Sequence record: ON113172.1
Direction: 5' to 3' (one strand)
From: Enterococcus phage vB_OCPT_SDS2
DNA: 57,457 nt
Below are positions 45,315-55,416 of this stretch, in pieces. The notes beneath the pieces are model-generated. The model was not told the origin of the DNA. It did not search any database and saw nothing but the letters and a program-made list of their open reading frames with translations. Position 1 is the stretch's first letter, and every line of letters begins with the position of its first letter. A program made the position numbers and the translations under genes.

Positions 45315-48300
45315 TTATTTAAATCGTTCGTTATATATTATGTCAATCTTGCCTTTGAAGTTGTTTACTCCAATGTAGTTATCGCCTTTGGTAATTGGGA
45401 ACCAGTCTGTCATAGGGTCTACAAGTGATGGAGTAAGCTCTCCATTAAGGTATGTTTGAGCTTTGCTTGAGTCAATTACAACTGTGTCACCTTCATGGAA
45501 CATGATTGGAGTTCCTTCTAAAGGAGTTTCTCCATACTCCTCAAGGTTTTCCCACACAATTAGTCTACGTACTGATAAGTGGCCTAGCTTAGGTCGATGT
45601 GAATACTGTCCGAAGAAGATTCCAACCCTTGCAAACTTCTTACCCCAAGTTTCAGGAGGCAAATCGAACCAGCCTGTGTCTCTAGTATCTTTCAACATGT
45701 TTTGACCAAAGTTAAATGAAGCTTCAGGTGAAGGGCTGTATCTACGGTCTTTATACTGGCCTACGATAAGTCTCCAGCGATTGTCTCTACGCTGTACTGA
45801 AACCTTACCCCAGAAGTCTTTCCACTTAGCTCCGTTGTTAACCACTTTACGTTTGCCCCAGTCACCTGCGTAAGCTACGTAGCTGTCTAAGTTACCCTCT
45901 TGAGGACGTGTACCGACTTTAGTGTAAGCATATGGGTTATTGTCTTCGTCGTAGAATATCAAGAAAATAGCGTTAGCAGAAGTTTTAACTGGTTTTCCTG
46001 TAGCTACAATAGAAGCCTCCATATAGAAGTCGTCAAGGTTCTTTTGAAGGTTTGCTACGATACCAGCTCCATGCCATCCTCTGTGGCTAGTGTCTCCGTA
46101 ATTCCACTTGTCTTGATTGGCCATTCCATTAACTCTTTGGACAGTTCCTTGAAGCTTAGTTGAGTACCCTTCAATCTGAGGAAGTTGAGTGTCATTCATG
46201 GCCGTCCATCCAGCTCCATCAGTAGATGTAAACTTACTGTAGAACTTACGAGGACGAAGGTCTACTTTAACCTCGTCTTCAGTATCTTTAGGACGTCTTC
46301 CAATTGACACGTTGGCTGAGGTATCTGTACCAATTAGGTCAACATATCCTACAGGCTCTTCAAAGGTCAGTTGGTAGGTAGGGTAAGCGTCCGCCGTACC
46401 CATGTTCTCAAGCTCAATGAATGGAACTGAACCTGTCGTGCTGTCTATGTCAAAGCTTTCCACAACCTCTTCGCCAATAGCTGTATTCTCAAGCAGTACG
46501 AAAGTCAGTGTCAACGTACCTACGTGAAGTGTTTGGGAAAGGTCTGTTGAACCATCCAGAATCACTTTGTAGTAGCGGTCTTTGTTATCAGAGAATTGGA
46601 TTACCGTTTCTCCAACGTCTAGGAAGTCAGCAAGCTCTTCCATCAACTTAGGCATATCCTCTTCAGCAGGAGCTTTGATAAAGCAGTCCATTGAGATATA
46701 CCGAGCGTCTTCGGTAGCTCCAAAGTTATAGCGTCTAGTACCTCCGTTAATAGGAGTTAGAGTGTTTACTTTAGGGGCAAGAACGCTTCTGTTAATGTTT
46801 CTTACAAACAAGAACCAAGGCTGCTTCTGATAGTTGTATCGGAAGACTCTTGGAAGGCTGTCATACTGTCTGTCCATCATAAAGTCAAAGCTTAATTCAG
46901 ACTCCACTGAGATTCCTGTCTCTCGGTCGCTTCTAGGCATCCTAGCGAATCCTACGTAGATATAACCATTAGGATGGATAAAGTGTCCCTTAGAATTGTT
47001 AATTTGAAGCTCTACTGTTTGATTTATTTCAGAAGTTACATTGTAGTCTCTATCTGGGTTTCTAGCCTCAGCACAAATGTAGATGGTAGGGTCTCCGTCT
47101 TCCCAAGGCTCTTCTGAATAGGTGGTAGCCACAATGTTAAACTGTTTGATTCGTTCGTTTATCTTTCTAATTCTGTCATCGAACGTGTAGCAGTCTCCGT
47201 AAAACTCAGGGTAGTTGCTTTCGATAAATCCGTAAATATCATAGGCATGTGTTACCTGTACCATAGAGTTTATCATGTACTCTTCTGTACGACTTGCAGG
47301 ACGTTCTAGTGACTCTATCCGATAATCTGGTAAGTTAGGATTAAATCCCCACTCGTCCATTTGAGATTGAGTTACGATTACTGACATGTTTGTAACAAGG
47401 TAATCCGCCTCAACAAAGGCACGCTCGTTAAACTCTGCAATGTTTTCTGGAGTGTTTCCCATAAGAACATTAGAGTAAGTGATTGACCACTGGTTGTTAC
47501 GGTTATTCCACCCAGCGATTCTAACCTTGTCCTCTGGTTTTAGGAATCCTTTAAGACCTGTAAATGTAAACACTTCAGAAGTTTTATCTAAAGTGGCCTT
47601 CTTATCGACAAGCTCTCCATTAACTTCCAGCTGAAGCGTTGTTAATTTAGGGTCGTACTTACCACTTAACGTATCTGTTCCCATGTACATTGAGTTAGGA
47701 ATGATTCGATTAGAGCGTAGCGATGTGACAATTCTACCCTGTGGATTAATCCATTCTTGGTAGCTAGATGGATGGGTAACTGAAGTTAATCCCTCTCCTC
47801 TAAACTGCTTCATTGTTTGTTCTTCAATAGAGCCGTCAGGTGCCCACCGATAGAAAATCCAGTCAGCTAGGTTATTGCCTTGTCCACGTCCTCGTGCAAT
47901 CATTGTTGAATCGAATTGATAAGCAATGTCACGAAGTCTTTGTTGTCTTTCAGCATCTGTAGTAAGACCATCAAAGATGTTAGGCAAAGCTTTCTGAACA
48001 GCCTCAGCAAAGTGTAGTTCAAATTCCATTTCAACCATTTCTTTACGGTAGAATGTCTCAGCTCTGGCAGTCTTTCCATCAAGTTTTCCAGCCAAGCCAT
48101 CATACCACTCTTGACTAAACTCTGACCAATCGTTAGCAGAAGATTGTACATAGGCTTCTGTAGTGGCCTTTCCTCTTTCAGAAGTTATGTGAACACGATA
48201 GTGAGTAGCTCCAATAGGAACTTCTACTTCAGCAGCGTATCCACCATATTCTCCAGCCTCGTGGGGGAACTTCTTGTATACGTTCATATAAGAAGATTCA

Positions 48301-49307
48301 TTAGCAGCACTGTAGAATAGGATTTTACCATAGCCGTGCCCAGCATCTGTTGTTTCAGTTAAAGTAGTCTTTTTGTAGAAATGGATTCTCTCAGAGCCTT
48401 TGAAAATAGGAATGAACTCAGGCATTGCCCAGTCTTGTTTGATTCCGTTTGTGTTATACTTACCATCAAATTCATTTAAACGACCTTTAGATACGGCTTT
48501 AGACCAGTCCCATTTGTTGTTAGAGAACATGTCGTCCCCAGACTCAATATAAGCAGTCTTTCCGATAGTTGAAACCGTAGGCCGTGAGAACTCTAGTTGA
48601 ACACTTTCTTGAGCCTGAATAAAACCAACTAACTTATCCTTGTCGTATTGGAACATTGGGTAATCTGTAACAGGAACATTCTCTGCTCCCCAGAACATTC
48701 CAAAGGCTTCGTCCCATTCCCAGTCCTTAGATAGGAAACGAGTTGTGAATGAGATACGAGTAAACTCTTTTGTGATAGGCTGTTCAAGGACTTTATAGTA
48801 TTCCTCAAAGTTAGAAGTCCCTTTGAAGGCCACAGCCCCTGTCGGAATATCTTCCCCAGTGCTTCGTACATCAACTGAGAAGGTTACCATATCTCCTTCT
48901 TTAATTCTTGGGTCAGGATTGATAAAGTCTTCCCAATAGAACATCAAGCCTTGATTAACTTCTTGAGTAGAAGCAACCATAGCTCCATTGTAGACTGTCT
49001 TCTCATTGTATACAGCTCCATTAAAAAGCAAAGAAGGCTTAGAAAGGAATTGGCTACCTCTTAACACGTTCTCACGATAGATTTGACTAGCGTGGCTAAA
49101 TCCTCGTGAAGGGTTAGGTGTATTGCTTCCTTTAACCTTTCCTCTAAAGTCTACTGGAAATGTAATCTTAACTTCGTCCTCTAGCGCATGGAACTCGCTT
49201 GGGTTAAATCGTTCATAACTTGCAGAACGGCCTAATCCCCACTGCTTAGTGGGGGCTAGACCTTGTAATTTAAAAGGTGTATAATTAGGTTTATTAGAAC
49301 AGGTCAT
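45315..49307 (-). CDS. distal tail protein with large insertions (1330 aa), a baseplate/host-recognition component
   Basis: Immediately downstream of the tape measure. AGGAG RBS. Confidence 0.5.
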   Translation of the reverse strand: MTCSNKPNYTPFKLQGLAPTKQWGLGRSASYERFNPSEFHALEDEVKITFPVDFRGKVKGSNTPNPSRGFSHASQIYRENVLRGSQFLSKPSLLFNGAVYNEKTVYNGAMVASTQEVNQGLMFYWEDFINPDPRIKEGDMVTFSVDVRSTGEDIPTGAVAFKGTSNFEEYYKVLEQPITKEFTRISFTTRFLSKDWEWDEAFGMFWGAENVPVTDYPMFQYDKDKLVGFIQAQESVQLEFSRPTVSTIGKTAYIESGDDMFSNNKWDWSKAVSKGRLNEFDGKYNTNGIKQDWAMPEFIPIFKGSERIHFYKKTTLTETTDAGHGYGKILFYSAANESSYMNVYKKFPHEAGEYGGYAAEVEVPIGATHYRVHITSERGKATTEAYVQSSANDWSEFSQEWYDGLAGKLDGKTARAETFYRKEMVEMEFELHFAEAVQKALPNIFDGLTTDAERQQRLRDIAYQFDSTMIARGRGQGNNLADWIFYRWAPDGSIEEQTMKQFRGEGLTSVTHPSSYQEWINPQGRIVTSLRSNRIIPNSMYMGTDTLSGKYDPKLTTLQLEVNGELVDKKATLDKTSEVFTFTGLKGFLKPEDKVRIAGWNNRNNQWSITYSNVLMGNTPENIAEFNERAFVEADYLVTNMSVIVTQSQMDEWGFNPNLPDYRIESLERPASRTEEYMINSMVQVTHAYDIYGFIESNYPEFYGDCYTFDDRIRKINERIKQFNIVATTYSEEPWEDGDPTIYICAEARNPDRDYNVTSEINQTVELQINNSKGHFIHPNGYIYVGFARMPRSDRETGISVESELSFDFMMDRQYDSLPRVFRYNYQKQPWFLFVRNINRSVLAPKVNTLTPINGGTRRYNFGATEDARYISMDCFIKAPAEEDMPKLMEELADFLDVGETVIQFSDNKDRYYKVILDGSTDLSQTLHVGTLTLTFVLLENTAIGEEVVESFDIDSTTGSVPFIELENMGTADAYPTYQLTFEEPVGYVDLIGTDTSANVSIGRRPKDTEDEVKVDLRPRKFYSKFTSTDGAGWTAMNDTQLPQIEGYSTKLQGTVQRVNGMANQDKWNYGDTSHRGWHGAGIVANLQKNLDDFYMEASIVATGKPVKTSANAIFLIFYDEDNNPYAYTKVGTRPQEGNLDSYVAYAGDWGKRKVVNNGAKWKDFWGKVSVQRRDNRWRLIVGQYKDRRYSPSPEASFNFGQNMLKDTRDTGWFDLPPETWGKKFARVGIFFGQYSHRPKLGHLSVRRLIVWENLEEYGETPLEGTPIMFHEGDTVVIDSSKAQTYLNGELTPSLVDPMTDWFPITKGDNYIGVNNFKGKIDIIYNERFK

Positions 49308-49320
49308 TTAAACGTCTCCT

Positions 49321-52206
49321 TTACTTTTTACCGACAGCTCGGTTAGCAATCCGTTTAACACGTTGCTGTTCCTCTGTCATAGCTTTGTTAGTAGCTCTCG
49401 CAAACTCTTTATCGTTGATGTACAATGGCACGATAACTTCAGGAATGCTTCCTCCACCAAGTCCTCCACCCATTGCTTGTAGCTCGTTTGCCACAGCTGC
49501 TGCGAAAGGTCTCATGTAAGTAGCGTTTTGAATAGGCATTGTAACTTCTCTTCCTCGTTCGTTATGGATTACGCCCTGATTAATACCGCCCTGTCCTAGC
49601 TGGGTTCCTACGCCTACTGCGGTAGCCATTGGAGAGTATTGGGCATTGCCTCCGCCGATTCCGTAACCAACGCCTGAAGTAAGTCCTCCACGAGCCTTGA
49701 AGATTCCGCCAACCTTTCCTGCAACCCATTTATCCGCTTGTCTAAGCTTGCTTTCAAAGCCATCAATACCGCCTTGAATCTTTCCAGCTGTTTCTCCAAA
49801 AGCTCTGAATACGTCGTTAATTCTAGCAGCTAATTGACCGAGCTCTTCCATGGCACTTGTAGTATCAGCGTCAGCATTGATTTGAATATGCGTTCCGTCA
49901 ACTTCCTCAGACTTGTCGGCAATCTTTTGAATTTCTCCTACTGTCTGCTCTTTCTGAGTCTTAGCATGGTCTACTGTACCAACCATTTGTTGACGTGCCT
50001 TTTCGATAAGCTCGTCCCTAGTTGTTCCAGCGGCAGCTATAGACTCATCTGACATGTGGTTAATAGAACTAACAGTTTCAACGTACTGTTTAGAGGCTGC
50101 TGCTACAGTTTCAGAATACTGTTGGTTAGCTGCCGCGATAGAGTCATTGGCCATTTGTTGAGTGATTGTCCCAGTGCTACTAGCCTGCGCTCTAAGTGTT
50201 TCAACTATACTGCTTGACTCAGTTGTAGCGATATTTTGCAGGATTTCAGAGTTCTGTTGTTGCAGGGCATTTATAGCGGCGCCAGTTTCTTGACGCTGTG
50301 CATAATCCTGTTGACCCATGCTTTGATACAATTCTAAAATCTTGTTGTTATTAGTTTGAATGGTATCGGAAAGCTGTTGGCCATGAGTTAGCTCACCTTG
50401 CATCATAATAGATTTCTGCTCGTCAGTTAAAGTCTTCTCGTTAGTGAAGAATGTCTGCAAGGCATCTAAACGGCTTTGGTTAGCTGTCCCGAAAACTGCT
50501 ACTTGCTCATTTAAAGCTTCTTGCAAGGCAGGTAGATTCTCTTGGATAGTCTGGTTCATAATACCTGAAATATCAGCTTCTCCGCCATGCTTACCTTTAG
50601 CCGCTGCTGAAGCAAGTTTCAACTCCATTTGACCTACTGAGTCTTTAAGGATTGTTGAAGCCTGTCCCCACTTGCCTTCCCAGTCATCTGGTAGGAAGCT
50701 GAACTCTTGAATGCTTTTGTTAAGCTGATACATAACCTCGTTAGTTTCATAAGCTCTTTTAGAGATTCCGATTCCCCATACTTGAGATTGTGCTAAAGAC
50801 TCTTGGAAAGGAATGTTTGTAAGGTTAGTACCTGCGTCTCGAACAGCTTCTACAAACTTGTTGGCATCCTTAGTACCAGAGATTAATCCATTAGATGTTT
50901 CTAGTAAGTCGCTTGTACGTTTGAATCCTTTACCAAAGTTTGATAATCCTTCATCAACTCCATCAAGAGCCTTGTTGAATCCTTTAACAGCATCTAGTGC
51001 AAACATGTCGGTAAACGCTCTACCAATTTTTAATTTGATGGCGTCAACTGAGTCTCCTAGTTGGTCTAATTGACCTGCCATAGTTTCACGCATAGCGGCA
51101 GCTTGTTTAGCAGCTGTACCAGTAGAGTCCACTAATGCTTTTGATAAGTCTTGTACTTGCTCTTTAGTAGATTTAAGGACGAACGACATACCAGCCGCCC
51201 CAGGCTTTCCGAACAGGATTGTTGAAAGCTCTTGGATTTGAATATCATCCATACCTTTAACAGCATCTTGTAAGTCATAGATAACATCCATTGTAGGACG
51301 AGCCTTACCTTCAGCATCTTTAAATTGTACTCCTAAGCTTTCCATAGCAGCGGCCGCACCGTCTGTTGGATTGATAAGGTTTGTAAATGCTGTACGAAGT
51401 GATGTACCAGCTTTAGAGCCTTTAATACCATTGTCGGCCATGATACCTGCCATAGCTGAAAGGTCTTCCAGAGAAGCTCCTGCTAGGGAAGCTGATGAAC
51501 CAGCGTATTGTAGAACGTATCCCATGTCCTGCATGTCAGCAGCCGTTTCGTTAGCGGTCTTAGCTAAAACATCGGCAACGTGTTCTGCCTTAGAGGCTTC
51601 CAGATTCCATACGTTAAGGGCTGTTGCTACGATTCCAGCAGTTTCTTGTACTCCTGAGCCAGAAGCTTCGGCAGCATATACGATACCTTTCATGGCCTCT
51701 GAAGTTTCCTTAGCTGTAAAACCTAGCTTAGCAAAGTCAACCATGGCTTCGGCAACCTCTTGAGCACCTTTAGAAGTCTTACCTCCGATTTCAATAGCCG
51801 TGTCTCCAAGCATGTCCATGTCAGCCTGTGTACCACCTGCAATAATCTGTACTTGTTTAAGGGTTCCTTCAAAGTTAGCATAGTCCTTGATGGAATCCAT
51901 CGCAAAGCGTCCTGCAACTTTAGTAGCTTCAGCAGCGCCCATTACAGCAGCTGCCATAGGAGTAGCAGCGGCCGTTAGGGTACCGAATCCAACACTGGTT
52001 GATAGAAAGCTTTTACCAAGTCCTAGCATAGAGCTGTTAGCTAAGCTCGCTCCACCAGTTAACTTGTTGAAGAACTTACCGAAGATTCCTGTAGTCTGCT
52101 CAGTGCTTTTACCTAAGCGAGATTGAGTGCCTTCCATATCTTTCATTTTACTTGTGTAGTCAGAGTTGTCTACCCTAACCTTAATTCGCATTTCCTTATC
52201 TGCCAT
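49321..52206 (-). CDS. tape measure protein
   Basis: 961 aa, Ala/Gly/Gln-rich. C-terminal peptidase-like segment. Follows the frameshifted chaperone pair. Confidence 0.85.
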   Translation of the reverse strand: MADKEMRIKVRVDNSDYTSKMKDMEGTQSRLGKSTEQTTGIFGKFFNKLTGGASLANSSMLGLGKSFLSTSVGFGTLTAAATPMAAAVMGAAEATKVAGRFAMDSIKDYANFEGTLKQVQIIAGGTQADMDMLGDTAIEIGGKTSKGAQEVAEAMVDFAKLGFTAKETSEAMKGIVYAAEASGSGVQETAGIVATALNVWNLEASKAEHVADVLAKTANETAADMQDMGYVLQYAGSSASLAGASLEDLSAMAGIMADNGIKGSKAGTSLRTAFTNLINPTDGAAAAMESLGVQFKDAEGKARPTMDVIYDLQDAVKGMDDIQIQELSTILFGKPGAAGMSFVLKSTKEQVQDLSKALVDSTGTAAKQAAAMRETMAGQLDQLGDSVDAIKLKIGRAFTDMFALDAVKGFNKALDGVDEGLSNFGKGFKRTSDLLETSNGLISGTKDANKFVEAVRDAGTNLTNIPFQESLAQSQVWGIGISKRAYETNEVMYQLNKSIQEFSFLPDDWEGKWGQASTILKDSVGQMELKLASAAAKGKHGGEADISGIMNQTIQENLPALQEALNEQVAVFGTANQSRLDALQTFFTNEKTLTDEQKSIMMQGELTHGQQLSDTIQTNNNKILELYQSMGQQDYAQRQETGAAINALQQQNSEILQNIATTESSSIVETLRAQASSTGTITQQMANDSIAAANQQYSETVAAASKQYVETVSSINHMSDESIAAAGTTRDELIEKARQQMVGTVDHAKTQKEQTVGEIQKIADKSEEVDGTHIQINADADTTSAMEELGQLAARINDVFRAFGETAGKIQGGIDGFESKLRQADKWVAGKVGGIFKARGGLTSGVGYGIGGGNAQYSPMATAVGVGTQLGQGGINQGVIHNERGREVTMPIQNATYMRPFAAAVANELQAMGGGLGGGSIPEVIVPLYINDKEFARATNKAMTEEQQRVKRIANRAVGKK

Positions 52207-52218
52207 TTAAATTTCCTC

Positions 52219-52515
52219 CTAGTCAAAGTAGTCGAACAGGTTAGATAGCTCTTCCTCTTTAAAGGCTGCTCTATCAAGTTCATCCATTGTTTCCGCCATG
52301 TCTCTAGTAGTCTTAGGTTTATTTGTTTCGTTAACTAATTCAAAGCCTTGGTACTTCTCTAATTTGACAGGCTTCTTAGATTGCACTAGAGAAAGGAATA
52401 ACGAAGCTTCTCTTGATTGTCTTTGGTAAGCTCCTCGTAACATTCCATTAAACTCATATGGTGTACTTGTCCAAAAGTCGCTGGAAGGTATTCCTAAGTC
52501 TGTACACAATACCAT
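52219..52515 (-). CDS. tail assembly chaperone, frameshift extension (the T part of G/GT). It lies in the +1 frame relative to the upstream ORF.
   Basis: - There is no RBS before its ATG.
- The frame is open for about 40 codons overlapping 52454..52894.
- A Ty1-like CUU-AGG heptamer sits at 52493-52498. Confidence 0.55.
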   Translation of the reverse strand: MVLCTDLGIPSSDFWTSTPYEFNGMLRGAYQRQSREASLFLSLVQSKKPVKLEKYQGFELVNETNKPKTTRDMAETMDELDRAAFKEEELSNLFDYFD

Positions 52516-52894
52516 AAAGTATCTTACGTCTAGCTTCGGAAGCTCGTCCTTGTCTTCCGCCTCCTCTGGGTAATGAGCCAGTATTGTTTTTGAATAACTG
52601 TTTAACTAGAATACTAGAAGCATATGAGCTGTTAACTTTCTCGAAGTATTCTTCTAAGGTAAACTCATAGCTATCCAGAGAGTCTTGAAGAAGCTCTGCC
52701 ACATCTAGTACGGATACTCCTTCGTAATCAGACTCGTTTTGAAGCATTGCCCAGAAGATGTATAAGGACTGGTTGAAAGGCGTTTGCTCAGCAATGAAAG
52801 AAGCGTAGTCTTGGTCAAAGGCTAACTCCAGAAAGTGGATAGACTTGTATGTTAAGCGTAGGTTAAGGTCTTTGCCTTGGAATCTAATAATCAT
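52454..52894 (-). CDS. tail assembly chaperone (G-like)
   Basis: 146 aa. AAAGGAG RBS. Canonical position between the major tail protein and the tape measure. Confidence 0.65.
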   Translation of the reverse strand: MIIRFQGKDLNLRLTYKSIHFLELAFDQDYASFIAEQTPFNQSLYIFWAMLQNESDYEGVSVLDVAELLQDSLDSYEFTLEEYFEKVNSSYASSILVKQLFKNNTGSLPRGGGRQGRASEARRKILYGIVYRLRNTFQRLLDKYTI

Positions 52895-52919
52895 GTTGTA
52901 ATCTCCTTTATATTTGTTA

Positions 52920-52960
52920 TGTAAAAAGAGGGCAAGGGAATTTATCCCAAGCCCCCTCTG
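52920..52960 (-). terminator. hairpin plus U5 terminator after the major tail protein gene
   Basis: The minus strand reads GAGGGGGCUUGGGAUAAAUUCCCUUGCCCUCUUUUU. Confidence 0.5.
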
Positions 52961-53034
52961 TGCAGTCTATTTCCAAGTTAATGTTACTGAGTCTTCGCTA
53001 ACGCTACTTGCCGAAAGCTCGGTCGGGGCTTCTA

Positions 53035-53724
53035 CTACCCCGCGGGCTTTACCTCAATATCAATCAATGCTGAAACAGCTGTGTTGACATTTGAGCGAAC
53101 GTTGAATGATGCAGTACCTTCTTTAACGCCTGTGATTAAACCAGATTCATTAATTGTTGCTAAAGCTGGAGTCAAGGCAGTATAAGTTACTGATTGGTCA
53201 GAAACATTTTCAGGAGTGAATTTAATTGTAGCTTGAAGAGTTTCTCCAACTTTAACTTCCTTAGTTTCGTTTGTGAACTCAACTTTCTTAGGTAAGATTG
53301 TAGGAGCTACTTGTTGCTCTTCTAAAGCGCCTTTACCTTGGAATGTTAATGAGTAAGTCACAGCATCCTCGTAACCAAACTCGTAAGGGAAGTCAGTTAA
53401 GATTGCTTGTCCTACATAAGTTAATCCACTAGGGAATTTAACCCGAACACGTACACAATCTCCGTTAACCCAAGCTGCGTTCAATGCTTGGAAACCAGCG
53501 TTATCCTCTACAAACAATCCGTCACAGTCAATTGACCAAGACTTGTTACCTGCTTCTGCATCGTCCCATCCGAATCCTTCTTTGTTAGATACGTCTAAGG
53601 TTGCTGCTGTACGGTTTAATGTACCGCCTCGTTGTGCTGCTACTTTAATCCATTCGCCAAGGTCATTCTGAACCTCAATTAATACTGCTGTACCACGAAT
53701 GTAGCTAGATTTACATGCTTCCAT
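53035..53724 (-). CDS. major tail protein with C-terminal Ig-like (Big_2-type) domain
   Basis: 229 aa. C-terminal ...ITGVKEGTASFNV. Strong RBS. Followed by a terminator. Confidence 0.55.
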   Translation of the reverse strand: MEACKSSYIRGTAVLIEVQNDLGEWIKVAAQRGGTLNRTAATLDVSNKEGFGWDDAEAGNKSWSIDCDGLFVEDNAGFQALNAAWVNGDCVRVRVKFPSGLTYVGQAILTDFPYEFGYEDAVTYSLTFQGKGALEEQQVAPTILPKKVEFTNETKEVKVGETLQATIKFTPENVSDQSVTYTALTPALATINESGLITGVKEGTASFNVRSNVNTAVSALIDIEVKPAG

Positions 53725-53749
53725 TTGTCAGTCTCCTTTATGTGTGTTA

Positions 53750-54181
53750 TTATGGCTCTATCGTAGAGTCGATTACCTCGAAGTCTAAGAATAGATATGC
53801 ACGCTCGTTTTTATAAGTTCCATTTGCAGCTTCTGTGTAACGAACGTGGTCGAGGGATTTCTCTCCAATACAGAAGCCGTCCTCTAAGTTAAGAGGAGAG
53901 TTGATAAGTAAGTCTACAAGAAAGTCGGTTAGACTCTTAACTTCAAAAGAGCTGTCGTAGTCACTCCATATGTGAAGGGTTAGGTTGTGCATCTTCCCGA
54001 TAGCATCCTTAGAGATTGTTCTACCTGAAGTTAGCTCCTCACCAATCTTAATGAATGGATATTCTGGAAACTTATTAGTTCCGTCCCAGACATTGATTCC
54101 TTGTGCTCTAATTTCCTTTACGATAGCCCTTTGCAAAGCTACAGAGGAACTTCTTGCTCGGAAAGGCGGTCTATTGCTCAT
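53750..54181 (-). CDS. tail terminator / tail completion protein
   Basis: Position and 143-aa size. Confidence 0.4.
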   Translation of the reverse strand: MSNRPPFRARSSSVALQRAIVKEIRAQGINVWDGTNKFPEYPFIKIGEELTSGRTISKDAIGKMHNLTLHIWSDYDSSFEVKSLTDFLVDLLINSPLNLEDGFCIGEKSLDHVRYTEAANGTYKNERAYLFLDFEVIDSTIEP

Positions 54182-54193
54182 TGATAATTCCTC

Positions 54194-54574
54194 CTACACT
54201 TTGATTCTGCTAAGCTGCTCGACAAGAATATCAGAATACTCTTCTAAAGCGTCTGTAAAGTTAGGGAATGCTTGATGTCGGTAAGTTCCTTCCTCTAGGT
54301 AAACAGCGTAACCTCTGTGCCCATAAGGGTTTCCTGAAACGTCTGACTCTACAATTCCTGTAACGCTTTTACCCTTCCCTTCTACTTCCGTCTTAGACTT
54401 TATTCCATCGTAGTAAGTTCCTGTGTCTATATTACCTCTACGGACGATATTAAATCTAACAGCTGTGGCCATCTGTGCGGAGTTCTTTTCGACAACGCCT
54501 TTCACCTCATTAACAAACTCTTTCTCTAAGCCTGCGAAATCGATTCGTTTAGTTATTTCTAAGAACCCTGCCAT
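54194..54574 (-). CDS. HK97 gp10-like neck/tail completion protein
   Basis: Has the YAVYLEEGT motif characteristic of the HK97 gp10 family. Confidence 0.5.
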   Translation of the reverse strand: MAGFLEITKRIDFAGLEKEFVNEVKGVVEKNSAQMATAVRFNIVRRGNIDTGTYYDGIKSKTEVEGKGKSVTGIVESDVSGNPYGHRGYAVYLEEGTYRHQAFPNFTDALEEYSDILVEQLSRIKV

Positions 54575-54936
54575 ATAACTCCGTCCTCCTTGTCTCTTCG
54601 GATGTCTCTGTACTCAACTTTATAAGAGATTGTCTGGTCGGTTCCAGTAGTGTTGTCCCAGTAGACATTTAAAATCTCTCCTGTGGAGTGGCGTCGGACA
54701 GCGTCTACCCGAAGGTTCTTTAACTCAAATACTTTATGCTGTATCAAGTAGCGTTTCTCCCACTGTTGGTCTTGGTTTTGCAATAGCTTTCCTTGAACTC
54801 GTAGGGAGCCTACGCTTACAGGAAGGTCTTTAACAACGATTGTTCCACGAGTCTTATAAGAGATTGTTCCGTAGTCGTCGTCAGGGTCTTCCCAATCATT
54901 GAATTGGATTAAATCCACAATGTCGTTATAACGCAT
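54559..54936 (-). CDS. head closure / head-tail joining protein
   Basis: Position and size. Confidence 0.4.
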   Translation of the reverse strand: MRYNDIVDLIQFNDWEDPDDDYGTISYKTRGTIVVKDLPVSVGSLRVQGKLLQNQDQQWEKRYLIQHKVFELKNLRVDAVRRHSTGEILNVYWDNTTGTDQTISYKVEYRDIRRDKEDGVIWQGS

Positions 54937-54951
54937 TTGTAAGCTCCTTTC

Positions 54952-55356
54952 TTAAAGCATGAAGAATGCCTTGTTGCGATACTCCCCTTGCTGTTTTAGC
55001 CAGCGGTTAAGAATGGCATACCAGTTTGCGTAGATGTCGTCTTTATAGTCGTAACGAGTGATGTCAGTAGACTCTGTTTTCAGGCCTTCTGAGTTAAGCT
55101 GTGACATACGCCCTGCGGTAAGCTCGTCAGCAATGTAGTCCAACTCCATCGGAAAGTCTGTAACTTCCTTGTTAATGAATAAGCAGATATGCTGTCTAGC
55201 ACGCTTCTTCAAAACCTTCAGAACATTGTCTCGGATAGTGCTGTTACCATAACCTAGCATAAGCTTTAAGTCGGTGATGTCAATAGCTTCTGTTTCAGGC
55301 GGTAGGGTAACGTCTTCAAACGACTTGAACAACTCCGTGTTCTCAATTAGTTCCAT
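54952..55356 (-). CDS. head-tail connector (gp6-like adaptor)
   Basis: Position and size. Confidence 0.4.
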   Translation of the reverse strand: MELIENTELFKSFEDVTLPPETEAIDITDLKLMLGYGNSTIRDNVLKVLKKRARQHICLFINKEVTDFPMELDYIADELTAGRMSQLNSEGLKTESTDITRYDYKDDIYANWYAILNRWLKQQGEYRNKAFFML

Positions 55357-55416
55357 TTAGCTTCCTCCTTAAAAGAAGACCAAGGCGATTCGCCTCAGCC
55401 TCCTTGGGATAGTTTA

